Part shown: positions 12,782-24,898 of the stretch, in pieces
How positions within the stretch are numbered: position 1 is the first letter of the stretch
How the letters are laid out: each line of letters begins with the position of its first letter
Origin: Chiloscyllium plagiosum
Lineage: Eukaryota
Direction: 5' to 3'
Length of the DNA stretch: 64,000 nt
Assembly: GCF_004010195.1 (NCBI RefSeq)
Contig: NC_057746.1
Coordinates: forward strand, 4,366,428 to 4,430,427
Program-made: the position numbers and the translations under genes
The notes under the pieces: generated by a model
What the model was told of the DNA's origin: nothing
Database searches by the model: none
Seen by the model: only the letters and a program-made list of their open reading frames with translations

Positions 12782-13676
12782 GGATGGGGCAATGGGCTGA
12801 GGAGTGGCAGGTGGAGTTTAATTTTGATAAATGTGAGGTGCTACATTTTGGAAAAGCAAATCAGATCAGGACTTACAAACTTAATGGTAAGGTCCTAGGG
12901 AGTGTTGCTGAACAAAGAGACCTTGGGGTGCAGGTTCATAGCTCCTTGAAAGTGGAGTCGCGGGGAGATAGGATAGTGAAGAGAGAATGTGCAAACTCCA
13001 CACAGTCAGTCGCCTGAGGCGGGAATTGAACCTGGGTCTCTGGCACTGTGAGGCAGCAGTGCTAACCACTGTGCCACCATGCCGCCCACAATTGGTCAGA
13101 GCATTTTGAGAATAGGAGTTGGGAAGTCATGTTGCGCCTCTACAGGACATTGTTTAGGCCATTTTTGGAATATTGTGTGCAATTTTGGTCTCCGTCCTAT
13201 TGGAAGGATGTTGTGAGATTTGAAAGCGTTCAGATAAGATTCACTCTACAAGGAATTTGCTAGGGCTGGAGGATTTGAGCTATTGCGAGAGGCTGAATAG
13301 GCTGGGGCTGTTTTCCCTAGAATGTTGGAAGCTGAGGGACATAGATAGGGTAACTAGACAAAGTCTTTTTCTTGGGGTGGGGGAGTCCAGAATTAGCTGG
13401 CATAGGTTTAGGGTGAGAGGGAAAGATATAAAAAGGACCCAAGGGACAACCTTTTCATGCAGAAGGTGGTCCATGTATGGAGTGAACTGCCAGACGACGT
13501 AGTGGGGGCTAGTACAATTACAACATTTAAAAGGCATCTGGATGGGTATATGAATAGGAAGGGTTAGATGGATATGGGCTAAGTGCTGGCAAATGGGACT
13601 AGATTAGGTTAGGGGATACCTGGTCGGCATGGACAAGTTGGGCCGAAGGGTCTGTTTCTGTACTATGACTCTATGA
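12782..13676 (+). mobile_element. CR1/HER1 LINE 3' part nested in an older minus-strand CR1
   Basis: MGQWAEEWQVEFNFDKCEVLHFGK; 3' tail gggccgaagggtctgtttctgtactatgactctatgac. Confidence 0.9.
12983..13087 (-). mobile_element. HE1-type tRNA SINE, 5' part
   Basis: Minus strand gggcggcatggtggcacagtggttagcactgctgcctcacagtgccagagacccaggttcaattccc (A and B boxes). Confidence 0.85.
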
Positions 13677-13679
13677 CCT

Positions 13680-15720
13680 ACCTTATATGGTGTATATCCT
13701 TCCCTTATTAGACCTTCCAAAATGTATCGCCCCACACTTGCCGGGATGAAATTCTATCTGCCATAGTTCTGCCCAATTTACCAGCTCATCAGTATCAGCA
13801 TGTAGCCTGAGACCATCCTCTTCACAGTCAACAACATCATCATGTCATCTGCAAACTCACTAATTATACCTTCTAAACACACATCAAAGACATTGATGTA
13901 CATAACAAACAGCAAGGGTCCATCACTGAATCCTGTGGTACACCACTAACAGGTGGTAACAGGCTTTGAACTACAAAAACAACCCACCAGCATCACCCTT
14001 TGCCTCCAATTTGTAAGCCAATTTTGGATCCAGTTTTTCAACTTCTCTTGGTTCCCATGGGCTTTTACCTTTTGGGATGTGGGATGTCTTCCATGTGGGA
14101 TCTTGTTAGAGAGCTGACTGAAATCCATGTAAACTACATTAACTACACCACCCTCATCAATATATTTAATCAGCTTTTCAAAAGACTCAATTAACTGAGT
14201 CAGGCAGGATCTCCCTTGAACAAATCCCTGCTGGCGATCACTGATCAATCTCTGCCTTTCCAAGCATTGGTTAATGTTGTCCTTTAGATTTTTTTCCGAT
14301 AATTTCCCTTCCACTGGTCTGTAGTTACCTGGCATTTCCCTGCTGCCCTTCTTGAACAAAAGTGCCACTTTAAATATCCTCCAGTCACCACCTCTGGCCA
14401 ACAAAGTATTAAATATCTCCACCAAAGACCCAGGATTCTCCTCCCTTGTCTTCCATTGCAGCCGAGGAGATATCTCATCAGGCCCTCGGGATTTATGCTC
14501 ACTAAAATATCCCAATCCTCTTCCTTATTAATCTTAACATGTTCCAGAACAACCTCACTATCCCAATTGAAATCTCAGCTACAATGTCTTTCTCCTTGGT
14601 GAGTACAGAGGAGAAGAATTCATTTAAACATCACCCAAATCCACTGGCTCCACATTGATCTCTAATAGTTTCCACTCTTTCCCTGGTCATCCTCTTACTC
14701 TTAATATACTTCCAAAGAGCCTTGGGGCAGTTCTTGATCTCATCTGCCAAAGGTATTTCGTGCTGAAAATGTGTTACTGGAACAGCGCAGCAGGTCAGGC
14801 AGCATCCAGGGAACACGAGAATCGACGATTCGGGCATAAGCCCTTCTTCAGGATTCTCTGTACTTTTGAAGGGCCTCTCCTGTTTTTAATGTGCTGTACC
14901 TGATGTATGCTTTCTTCATTTTCTTTATCAAACTCTTGAAATCCCTTGACATCCAGGGTTATTATTGCTCTTGCCCACAAGAGAAACACACTGATCCTAT
15001 TTTTCACAGGCTCCCACTTTCCAAATGTATACTAATCTGCAAGTGGCTACTCCCAGTCTATGTTTGCTAAATACTGTTTAATGCGATTGAAATCAACCTA
15101 TCCCCCAATTTAGACAGTTAACTTCTGCACTATCTTTATCCCTTTTCCTAATGGATGTGAAACTTACAGAAATGATCGCAAATTGAAACTTCAACTTGAC
15201 TTCAATTAGGTTGAGCACCGTCTCATCTCTAGTAGGACTACCTGCACAAAAATATCTCCTGGATGCACTTAAAAAATTCCACCCACCTAATCATTTCACA
15301 ATAAGGTGATCCCATTTAATGTTAGCGTCCCCTTCAACTATAACCCTGTTCCTCTCACACCTTTCTGTTATTTGCCTAAGTATCTGCTCCTCAATCTCCC
15401 TCTGACTGTTACGATTCCTCTTGTATAATCCCAATAAGGTAATCATCGCCTTTTATTTCAAAGCTCTATCCAGATGACAACATTTGAAAACCCATCTGGG
15501 ATGTCCTCCCTCATTACTGCAGTGATGGCTTCCTTTATCAATAATGCAATACCCCTATCTCTCTTACTTCCCACTGTTACATAGAAACATTTATACCTTG
15601 GAATGTTGAGCTGCAAATCCTATCCTTCTTTCAATCACATCTCAATGATTGCAACAGTGTCATATTCCCATTGCTGATCAATGCTCCAAGTTCATCTGCC
15701 TGACTAGTCAACTCATTGCA
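13680..15720 (-). mobile_element. Older CR1-type LINE ORF2 (its 3' end lies at ~12490-12780)
   Basis: ORF 13946..14515: PGNYRP...QQGFVQGRSCLTQLIESFE...VYMDFSQLSNKIPH. Confidence 0.85.
14762..14855 (-). mobile_element. Penelope-end half element inside a CR1
   Basis: gctgaaaatgtgttactggaacagcgcagcaggtcaggcagcatcc...gggcataagcccttcttcagg, same family as 2400-2490. Confidence 0.75.
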
Positions 15721-16079
15721 TTAAAATTGATACAATTTAGCTTTCTAGACTTCCCACTTGCCTTATCCAGCCCACGTCATGTCTGCCTACAGGACTGTCC
15801 TTCATTCCTTGAACCTAACTTTACATCTATTCTGTTCCCCCTCCCCCCGTCAGACCAGTTTAAAACCTCCCAAATAGCAAACCTCCCATCAAAGACATCA
15901 GACCCATTCTGCTTCAGGTGCGACTTGTCCAGCTTGTACAGGTACCACCTACCCTATAAGCTGCCTTAGTAATCTAAATATCTAAAGCCCTCCCTTCTAC
16001 GTCATCCCTTTAGTCACACGCTTGTTTAATCTATTTCTATACTCATGGGAGCTTGGCAATAGAAGTAATCTGGAGACCT

Positions 16080-16510
16080 ATTGTCTCAGCCTGCTCCTGC
16101 TCCACCAAATTCATCCCCACCTACCTTGAAACTGTCCTATTCCCCCCGGTCCAGGAACTCCCCACATATGCTCTGAAGTGCTTCAGAGAACATCTCCGGG
16201 ATACTCGCACCAATTAATCCCACGGCACCACGGCCAAATACTTTAACTCTCCTTCCCGCTCTGCCGAGGACATGCAGGTCCTGACCCTCCTCCATCACCA
16301 CTCCTTTACCAGCTGACACCTGGAGGAAGAACATCTCATCTTCCACGCATTCTCAGCTACCTTACCCCCAGCCCCATCCCCCTCCCATTTATCTCTCCAT
16401 TCTCGAGGCCCTCAGCCTTATCCCTGATGAAGGGCTTTTGCCTGAAACGTTGATTTTCCTGCTCCTCGGATGCTGCCTGACCTGGTATGCTTTTTCAGCA
16501 CCACACTCTT
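16080..16510 (+). mobile_element. Internally deleted Penelope fragment with a hammerhead-type 3' end
   Basis: ctggaggaagaacatctcatcttcc (endonuclease end) and ctgatgaagggcttttgcctgaaacgtt. Confidence 0.75.
16419..16456 (+). ncRNA. Minimal hammerhead ribozyme motif in a Penelope 3' end
   Basis: CTGATGA-a-gggc tttt gcct-GAAA-cgtt-gat. The core is intact and stem I is weak. Confidence 0.55.
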
Positions 16511-16519
16511 GTTTCAAAA

Positions 16520-17930
16520 CTTGCCACACCCCTAGCCAAGCTGTTCCACTACAGCTGCAACATTAACCTGCCAGTGTAAAAAATCGTTCAGGTATGACAG
16601 GAATTCAAAAGCAGGGTAAACCCAACCCAGCCAATACTGCAGTGTCAATCTACTCTTGATCATGAGTAAAATGATGGAAGGGATCATCAACATTGTGATC
16701 AAGCAGCACCTGTTCAGTAGTAGCATGCTCAGTATCACGCTGTTTGGGTCTTACCATGTCTACTAAGCTCTTGACCTAATTACAGACTTGGTTCAAACAT
16801 GGATTAAAGAGCTAAATTCCAGAAGTGAGGTGACAAAATACAGAAAGGCCTTGATAGAGTGGAATTGGAGATGTTGCTGCAAGTAAGAGAGACTAGGACC
16901 AGATAGCAAAACCTCAGAGTGAAGGGTCAACACTTTTTAGAACTGAGAAGGGGAGGAATTTCTTAAGCCAGAGGGTGGCAAATCTGTGGAACTCGTTGCC
17001 AAGTCATTTAGTGTCCTTAAGACAGAGTTAGCTAAGTTCTTGATTAGCAAGGGGATTAAGAATGATGAGGATAGGGAAGGAAAATGGGGCTGAGAAACAA
17101 TTCAATGATGGTCAGATGGTGGCGCAGACTCAATGGATCAAATGACTTAATTCTGCTTCTATATCTTATAGTCTTATGGAGAGTGATAGCCCTTGACATC
17201 AAGGCTGCATTTAGTTGAAAGTGACATCAAGGAATACTAGCAAAACTGAAATCAATGGGAATCGGGGAAAACGCTCCACTAGTTGGAGTTATACCTAGCA
17301 CAAAGGAAGATGGTTGTGGTTGTTTGACAGCAGTCATCTCAGCACCAGGTCATATCTGAAGGGGTTCCCTTGGGTAGTGTCCTTGGCCCAACCATCTTCA
17401 GCTGCTTCATCAATGACCTTCCCTCCATCATAAGGTCAGAAATCGTTCACCAATAATTGCATAACATTCAGCACCATTTGTGACTCCTCAGTTACTGAAG
17501 CAGTGCAAATCCAAATGAAAGCACACCTTGACAGTATCCAGGTTTGAGCTGAAAAATGGCAAGTAATAGTCATGCCATGTAACTGCCAGGTAATGACAAT
17601 TTCCAATAATGTACAATCTACCCAAAAAGCTTTGATATTCAATGATGTTACCATCAGTGAATTCCTCCATTATAAACAACCTGGGGTTATCCTTGATCAG
17701 AAATTCAACTTGACTTGCCATATAAACACAGTGACTGCAAGAGTGGGTCAGATGCAAGGAACACTGCAGCGAGTAATTCCCCAAAGCCTATTCATCATCT
17801 ACAGGGCTTAAGTCAGGAGTGAAATGCAATATTCCCCATTTGCCTGGGTGTGTTCAGTTCCAACAGCAATAAAAAAGCTTGATAGCATTCAGGACAAAGC
17901 AGCCAGCTTTACTGGCAACACATCCATAAT
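16520..17930 (+). mobile_element. LINE RT fragment with a nested CR1 3' end (16840-17178)
   Basis: ggggttcccttgggtagtgtccttggcccaaccatcttcagctgcttcatcaatgac (GVPxGSVLGPTIF). Confidence 0.7.
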
Positions 17931-18209
17931 TTAATGACTTCGTTGTTGGTTGGGTCCAGTGCCAGCATCAGCACTGTCAGTAGCATAATGGCAACACGGC
18001 CACATCCACTTGGTGGGCCAAAGCGAGAGACGAGACTCCAATGTTAGAGCTGGCTCTGAACCCGAGTATAGATAGACTTCTCTTTATGCTTGATCTTTTC
18101 ATTTTTGTCTTATTCTTAGACTACCAAAATGGTGTGATGAAAGCTTTTCACTGTATTCTGTTGTATTTCACACTGCATAATATATGTGACAATAAATCAT
18201 TCAAATCAA

Positions 18210-18930
18210 ATTTGATATAATGGGATACAATTTGTATAAAACTGCTTCTTGCCTATGGCCATGCTCATCTGAAAATGTCCAATCTTGACTGAGCTTGGAA
18301 GCTCAGAAAACTCAAGACCTGGTTAGTACTTGGACGGCAGATTGCTGGGAATACCAAGTACAGAAGGCTTAAGGGCTCTTGTGTCATAGTTTCTGCCTCC
18401 GAGCCAGGAGATTCTGGTTCAAGTCCCAGAGGTGTCCAATAATATCCCTGAACAGGTTGAATAGAAAAATAGGTTTAAAAAACAGCTGCTGCTTCCTTGG
18501 CTTTTCAATCCCTGTAGGAAATGAACCAGCTATGAAGAGGAGAGAATAGGTGGGCTGTCTAATTGATGTGTCTCACAGCCAATCCAAATATTTCTGGAGC
18601 AACATGAGTTTCCCGAAGCTTGGGAAACTGATTAGTGAAGTGGAAATGACTTTGAGCAGCAGATCAGGTGGGGATTTAAACTTGTCATTGTCCCATCTGT
18701 ATATCTTACTTATTGCAGCTGCAGTTCCCCTAGTAAATGTTTGACAGAGATTTTTAGTGTGGGAAAAGCATTCTTCATGATCAGAGGCTTTCGAACTAAC
18801 ATCACTGTGAGATGTGTGTCCTTGGATGTGTTTGACAGCAGAAGAGGAAAACCCACAGCTTCTAAGGGAGCAATGACAATCAGGAGTGGGATCATCACAT
18901 GCACAGGACAGCAGCACACAGGATTGAGGT
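18210..18930. repeat. ZNF-associated module copy 2, interrupted by a 5S-derived SINE
   Basis: gggatacaatttgtataaa...ccaaatatttctggagcaacatgagtttcc matches copy 1. Confidence 0.8.
18251..18482 (+). mobile_element. 5S rRNA-headed SINE with a second tRNA-like segment (SINE3/AmnSINE1-like architecture)
   Basis: 18251-18370 follows 5S rRNA over its whole length (gcctatggccat...cctggttagtacttggacgg...gggaatacc...aggctt). It is followed by a tRNA-like part with B-box ggttcaagtccc and an A-rich tail. Confidence 0.75.
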
Positions 18931-19639
18931 TTACAGGAATTGGAGGCATATGAGAGATGAAATTGACATTCCATCACTGATGTGGGGAGTGAGAGTGTCT
19001 CATTGTGTAGGTTCGTGACTAACTAGCCAATATTTTACAGGTTTGCCCTGCCCAGGGAGCATTGCCTGTGGGGGTGCATGAAATGGTGACATCTGCAACA
19101 GAAGTAATGGGCAGAGCCTTTCCCCAATCAACTGAGCATCAGCTCCATCACCTTCCAGAATACGGGTGTGGTGTCTGAGTTCCTCACAATGAAAACATTG
19201 TGGGATGATCTAGTGTGAGTGGGTTCACATGGAGTATTCTCAGATGGCCATTACACACTACTTGAAGAAGGGGAATTGCTTTCTGTTCAGGGATATCTGT
19301 TAGTCCCCTTGGGTGACCTTCAATATCATGAGTGTGAATAGTCAACTCCAGCACCTTGGGGAAGCAGCTATTCCATAAAACCCCACTGAGCTCTGCTAAT
19401 GCTTAGTGTTGTATTTCATTTAACGAAGTCATTTGTGGTGATAGTAATTTACTCTGCCCCCTCCTCCAGGTTTATAAAGGTGGAAAGAATAGTCACCATT
19501 TTAAAATCGATCTTAAATGTAACAGCAAACCCAAAACTCATTGCAATATTGACATTATCATGTTCTTCTGACTATATTCAACTATTTTAACTGTTTCTCT
19601 TGTTGTTATGACAGAATTGAAAGGCTGAACACTTGAACG

Positions 19640-20200
19640 GGTGCAGACTATTCAGCTTTCTGCCTGATCTGTCATTCAATGAGATAATGGATGATCTGTA
19701 GCTGAATTCTACATACCTTTGGCCCATTTCCCTTCATATCTTTGTTTAACAAAACAACCAATGTCAGATTTAAAATTAACAGCTCATCGATCATCTGCTG
19801 CTATTTATAGAAGGTAGCTCCCAACCCCTACTCCCCTTTTGTGTGGAGAAGTGCTCGATAGCATCTCTCCAACATTTAATCCAAATTCTCAGACTATGCC
19901 CCTCAGTTCTAGAATTTCTAATCAATGGAAATAATTTATCTTTGCCTACCCAGTATTTTGCTGTTAATGTCTTGAAGATTTTGATCAGTTCATCCCTCAA
20001 CCTTCTAAATTCTTCAGCAATAGGCCAAATTTGTATAATTTCTCTCCATGTCTAAATCCCTGGAGTCCAGGTATCATTCTTGTACACCAATGTCGTATTC
20101 CCTTCAAGGCCAATATATTCTTCCTAAAATGTGATGCTGAGATCTACATACAATACTCCTCATGGAGTCTACCATAGTTTTGTATAGCTGTAGCATAACA
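19640..20200 (-). mobile_element. Degraded CR1 3' fragment
   Basis: ORF RDELIKIFKTL...KLFPLIRNSRTEGHSLRI. Confidence 0.65.
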
Positions 20201-20899
20201 ACATAAATGAACTATAATGTGTTGGCCTATAAATTTCTGAGATAATTGGTTAGTCATCACAAAAGTTAAAGGTTTAATCCGTTCTGAGGAATGGTCACTG
20301 GACCCAAAACGTTAACTCTGATTTCATTCCAAAGATGCTGCCAGACCTGGTGAACTTTTCCAGAAATTTCTATTTTTGTTTCTGATTTCCAGCATCCGCA
20401 GTTCAAAGTCCCAACTTTCCTGTCTGGTGATCTCCCATTAACAGAAAACACTAACTAGGTTTTGTATTTAATATGAAATGATTGCAAATAATTAGTTCAA
20501 ACCTTAGACAAGCAAAATATGATCTTATAATTTTCTAAATTAACTGTACCTCATCTTAACTCCGTCACACATATTGACAGACATAGTCAATCAAAATAAC
20601 ATTGATCTTATGTATGGAGAATTTTATTAGAACACAGTTCAGCTGAACACCAGTCCAATGTATTAACTGAGGTGTCCTTTCTTCTTCCAAAACCTTCTAA
20701 TTGTCAAACCTTTTCTTTCCAAGATATTCATTGCAGACAGAGAGCAGTTGGCACGCTAACTGTTCACTGTCTCAGTCACTGGTTACAGGCAGAAACTGAT
20801 AAACAAATGATAAGTGAGAATAGTTAGTACTTTTCAGTTCTTTGTAACCAGGTCGGTGGCACTACGACTGACTCTGGGGCACAACAGAAAAGGATAAAG

Positions 20900-21980
20900 A
20901 CAAACAGGATCTTAATGAGAGGAGACTCAATAGTTAGGGGGACAGATAAGAGATTCTATGGCCGCTATTGGGAATCAAGGATGGTGTGTTGCCTCCTGGG
21001 TGCAGGATGTCTCAGAGCAGCTGCAGAACATTGTCAAGGGCAAGGAAGGGTTTAAACTAGAATGGCGGGGGGAGGGGGTGAGATCCTCAACAACAAAGAG
21101 GCAAGTGCAAAGCTGGAAGGAGATTGAGTAATCAGAAATAGTAAATTGAAGAGACAGGTCAAGCTGGAACGCAACAGGGAGCAAGCAATGCCTGTTGGAT
21201 TAAGTTACATCATCTATTTCAATGCAAGAGGGCTGACAGGTAAGGGAAATGAACTCAGGACATGGAAAGGTACGTGGGACTGGGATATTATACCGTGACA
21301 GAAACATAGCTAAGGAAGGGACAGGACTGGCAACTTAATGTGCCAGGGTACAGGTGCTTTAGGTGGGACAGACATGGTGGAAAGAGGGGAGGGGGAGTTG
21401 CATTTTTGATTAAGGTGAGTATCACAGAGTACTCAGAGATTAAATAACTGAAGAATCATCCAATGAGGCTCTTTGGGTGGAGCTACGAAAAAGGAATGGG
21501 TTACAGGAATCACCTAAACAAATTTGCAGGGATACTGGGGAGACTTGCAAGAGCAATAGGGTTGTCATTAGTAGGGGATTTTAATTTTCCTAACATAGAC
21601 TAGGACTGCCAGCGTATTAATTACTTAGATGGTGTGGAATTTCTTAAGTGCTTTCAGGAAAGTTTCGTCAAGCAGTAATAGAAGGTCCGACTCAGGAAGG
21701 GGCAAAACTCGACCTACTCTCGAGAAATAGGGCAGGATAAGCGATGGAGGTGACAGTGGGGCAGTACTTTGGCACCAGTGACCATAGTTCTATTAATTTT
21801 AAAATAGTATGAAGAGGGACACAACTGGTCCACAGGTTCAAGTGCTAAATTGGGCAAGGTGAATTTTGATGGAATTAGACAGCAGCTTTCAGGGGTTGAT
21901 TGGAGTAGTTTGTTTGCAGACAAAGGGACCTCCAAAAATTAGGAGGCCTTTAAAAGTGAGATAACTACAGTTCAAGGTGA
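20900..21980 (+). mobile_element. CR1 ORF1 end and ORF2 endonuclease fragment
   Basis: tatttcaatgcaagagggctg (YFNARGL); gtaggggattttaattttcctaacatagac (GDFNFPNID); ggcaccagtgaccat (SDH). Confidence 0.8.
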
Positions 21981-23050
21981 AAGATGCTTCTTGTTCTGTA
22001 CTGCAATATCACTGGACATCTTGTGCAGTGAGCTTACCCTTCAAATATTCCTCTGCTTCTTTTGGTGATATTTGGCGATCTGTTCAAAGGCTACATTAAC
22101 CTTCTTGAGATATTTGAACTGATGGGTGTGAGAGGTTTGAGACAGACAGTGCTTTGGAATGACATCTCCCCTGTATGAGCACGAGAGAGGAAACAACACA
22201 GACAGCTCTGCAGGTGACCCGGTTCCAAGTCTGTGTGGAGACATCGGTGACTGTGACAGAGGAGGAGGTGAAACAATCCTGAAACATATCACACTGGAAG
22301 AGTTTGTCTCCTGTGTGGGTTCACAGATATTCCAGGAGCTCCAATAACAGTGTGAATGTGCTAGTACAGAAATCACACAGAAAGGCTTTCTCCTGTGTGA
22401 GGGTGTTTATGGACCAGGAAATACACTGACAGAACAAAAACATTGCATCTGAAGAAATTGTCCTGATTCATAAATTGTTTAATACATCTTTGGAAGGTTG
22501 ATCACAAATTAACCTTTGAAGGGTTAATCCCGAGTGTGGATACTTTGATGGAGCAGGACGTTCCAAGATCTTGACAATGATTACTTACACACTTCACACA
22601 TGAATGGTTTCTGCCTGTGTGAAAACACCAGTGATTACAGTGAGTCGAACTTGACACTGATTTGATACGTGCATCACAACTAATGGGTTTCTTTCTTGTG
22701 AAAACATTGAGGGTTGTGTCAACTCGACGACTTCAAGAATGATTTGTTACACAACTTGCAAAAGACTCGTTTCTCTCCAGTGTGAATCTTGGTTTGCCTC
22801 AATGAAGTGGGGAATGATATGTAACACACCTCACACTCGAACAATTTCTGTCATGTGTGAATGCGGTGGTGTATGTAGAGCTGTCCTGACCACAAGACTG
22901 GTTTGTTACACACCTCAAACCTGAATGCGTTCTCCCCTGTAAGAACCCTCTGATGCAGCAGCTGTCTTGCTAAGGTGGGGAATGATTTTTCACACTTGCT
23001 TTCTCCCATTTGTAAGACAGAAGAACTGGCATGAGCTGCAGAATGATATG

Positions 23051-24898
23051 TCACAAACCGTTCACTTTCTTTCCATTGTGGATACGTTGGTGTACACGGA
23101 GGCTTCCTAATTGTGAATATGATTTGTGACACATCTCACATTGGAATGGTTTCTCTCCTTTGTGGACACGTTGGTGTGTATGGAGGGCTCGTGCCTCTGA
23201 GAACGAATTGTCACACATCCGGCACTTTAACAATTTCTCTCCTGTTTGAATATGTCTATGTAAGCAGAAGTTTCCTGACTGCGAAAATGATTTGTTACAT
23301 ACCTGACAGTGGAATGGTTTCTTTCGTGTGTGAATACGTTGGTGTGTGTGGAGATTTGATAATGATGAGAATGATTTATTGCATTGCTCGCATCTGAATG
23401 GTTTCTCCCCTGTGTGAATCCTCTGATGGAGCATGAGTTTCAGTGAATTGGGGAATAATCTGTCACATACCTCACACTTAACCAATTTGGCTCCTGTGTG
23501 AATGCGATGGTGTATGTGGGGCTCTCTTGCATGTGAGAATGATTTATCACACAACTCAGAATTAAACAGTTTATCTCTTGTGTGGATGCATTGGTGTGTG
23601 CGGAGGTCTCCTGCTTGAGAGAACGATTTGTCACATACCGTACACTTAAACAATTTATCTCCTGTGTGGATAAGTTGGTGTTTACGGAGGTATCCTGACT
23701 GTGTGAATGATTTGTCACACACCTGACAATGGAAAGGTTTCTCCCCTGTGTGGACACGTTGGTGTGTGTGCAGGTTTGATGATGATGAGAACGATTTGTC
23801 ACACACTTCACATCGGAATGGTTTTTCCCCTGTGTGAATCCTCTGATGGAGCAGGAGTCTTGATGAAGTGGGGAATGATTTATCACACACCTCACACTTA
23901 AATAAACTATCTCCCCTGTGAAGACGTCGGTGCGTGTGGAGCTGTCCTGACTGTGAGAACGACTTGTCACAGATGTCGCACTTAAACATTTTCTCTACTG
24001 TGTGGATGCGTTGGTGTGTACGAAGGGCTCCTGCTTGTGAGAATGATTGGTTGCACAGCCTGCACTGAAACAATTTCTCCCCTGTGTGAATACGTTGGTG
24101 TATGCGGAGGTTTCCTGACTGTGTGAATGATTTGTCACACACCTCACACCGGAAAGGTTTCTCTCCTGTGTGAATCCTTTGATGAAGCAGGAGTCTTAGT
24201 GAAGTGAGGAATGATTTGTCACATACCTCACACTTGAACAATTTCTCTCCCGTGTGAATACGTTGATGTGTGCGGAGGTATCCTGCCTGAGAGAATGATT
24301 TGTTACACACCTCACAATGGAAGGGTTTCTCTCCTGTGTGAACACGTTGGTGTGTGTGGAGGTTCGATGATGAGTAGAATGCTTTGTCACACAATTCACA
24401 TCTGAATGGTTTCTCCCCAGTGTGAATCATCTGATGGAGCAGGAGTCTTGAAGAAGTTGGGAATGATTTGTCACACACCCCACACTTGAACAACTTCTCT
24501 CCTGTGTGAATACTTCTGTGTACATGGAGATGTTCTGACCGTGAGAATGATTTGTCGCACACCTCACACCTGAATGGTTTCTCTCCAGTGTGAATCCTCT
24601 GATGGAGCAGGAGTCTTGATGAAGTGGAGAATGATTTATCACACACCTCGCACTTGAACAATTTCTCTCCTGTGTGAATACGACGGTGTACGCGGAGCTG
24701 TCCTGACTGTGAGAATGATTTGTCACACACCTCACAACGGAATGGTTTCTCCCCTGTGTGGATACGTTGGTGTATGTGGAGTTTTGACGATAGCGAGAAT
24801 GATTTATCACATTGCCTGCACATGAATGGCTTCTCCTCTGTGTGAATGTGGTGGGACATGAGGAGGGTTGATGATGATGAGAATGATTTATTGCACAT
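23051..24898 (-). CDS. C2H2 zinc-finger protein ZNF-B, 22 finger units (about 19 intact)
   Basis: 615-aa ORF of tandem fingers with TGEKPF/TGEKLF linkers. Units 1, 17 and 20 are degenerate. Decayed fingers extend to ~22300. Confidence 0.9.
   Translation of the reverse strand: MCNKSFSSSSTLLMSHHIHTEEKPFMCRQCDKSFSLSSKLHIHQRIHTGEKPFRCEVCDKSFSQSGQLRVHRRIHTGEKLFKCEVCDKSFSTSSRLLLHQRIHTGEKPFRCEVCDKSFSRSEHLHVHRSIHTGEKLFKCGVCDKSFPTSSRLLLHQMIHTGEKPFRCELCDKAFYSSSNLHTHQRVHTGEKPFHCEVCNKSFSQAGYLRTHQRIHTGEKLFKCEVCDKSFLTSLRLLLHQRIHTGEKPFRCEVCDKSFTQSGNLRIHQRIHTGEKLFQCRLCNQSFSQAGALRTHQRIHTVEKMFKCDICDKSFSQSGQLHTHRRLHRGDSLFKCEVCDKSFPTSSRLLLHQRIHTGEKPFRCEVCDKSFSSSSNLHTHQRVHTGEKPFHCQVCDKSFTQSGYLRKHQLIHTGDKLFKCTVCDKSFSQAGDLRTHQCIHTRDKLFNSELCDKSFSHAREPHIHHRIHTGAKLVKCEVCDRLFPNSLKLMLHQRIHTGEKPFRCEQCNKSFSSLSNLHTHQRIHTRKKPFHCQVCNKSFSQSGNFCLHRHIQTGEKLLKCRMCDNSFSEARALHTHQRVHKGEKPFQCEMCHKSYSQLGSLRVHQRIHNGKKVNGL

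Noticed and set aside
18251-18370. 5S rRNA gene
   Set aside because: Too many substitutions, not in an array and fused to a tRNA-like segment, so called a SINE head.
18573-18977. Module ORF as a hAT transposase, RAG1-like or nucleoporin fragment
   Set aside because: Only vague motif resemblance by eye, and stops are shared among copies. It cannot be named without a search.
23051-24898. 84-bp periodic repeats as a CRISPR-like array or satellite
   Set aside because: The periodicity is the 28-codon C2H2 unit.
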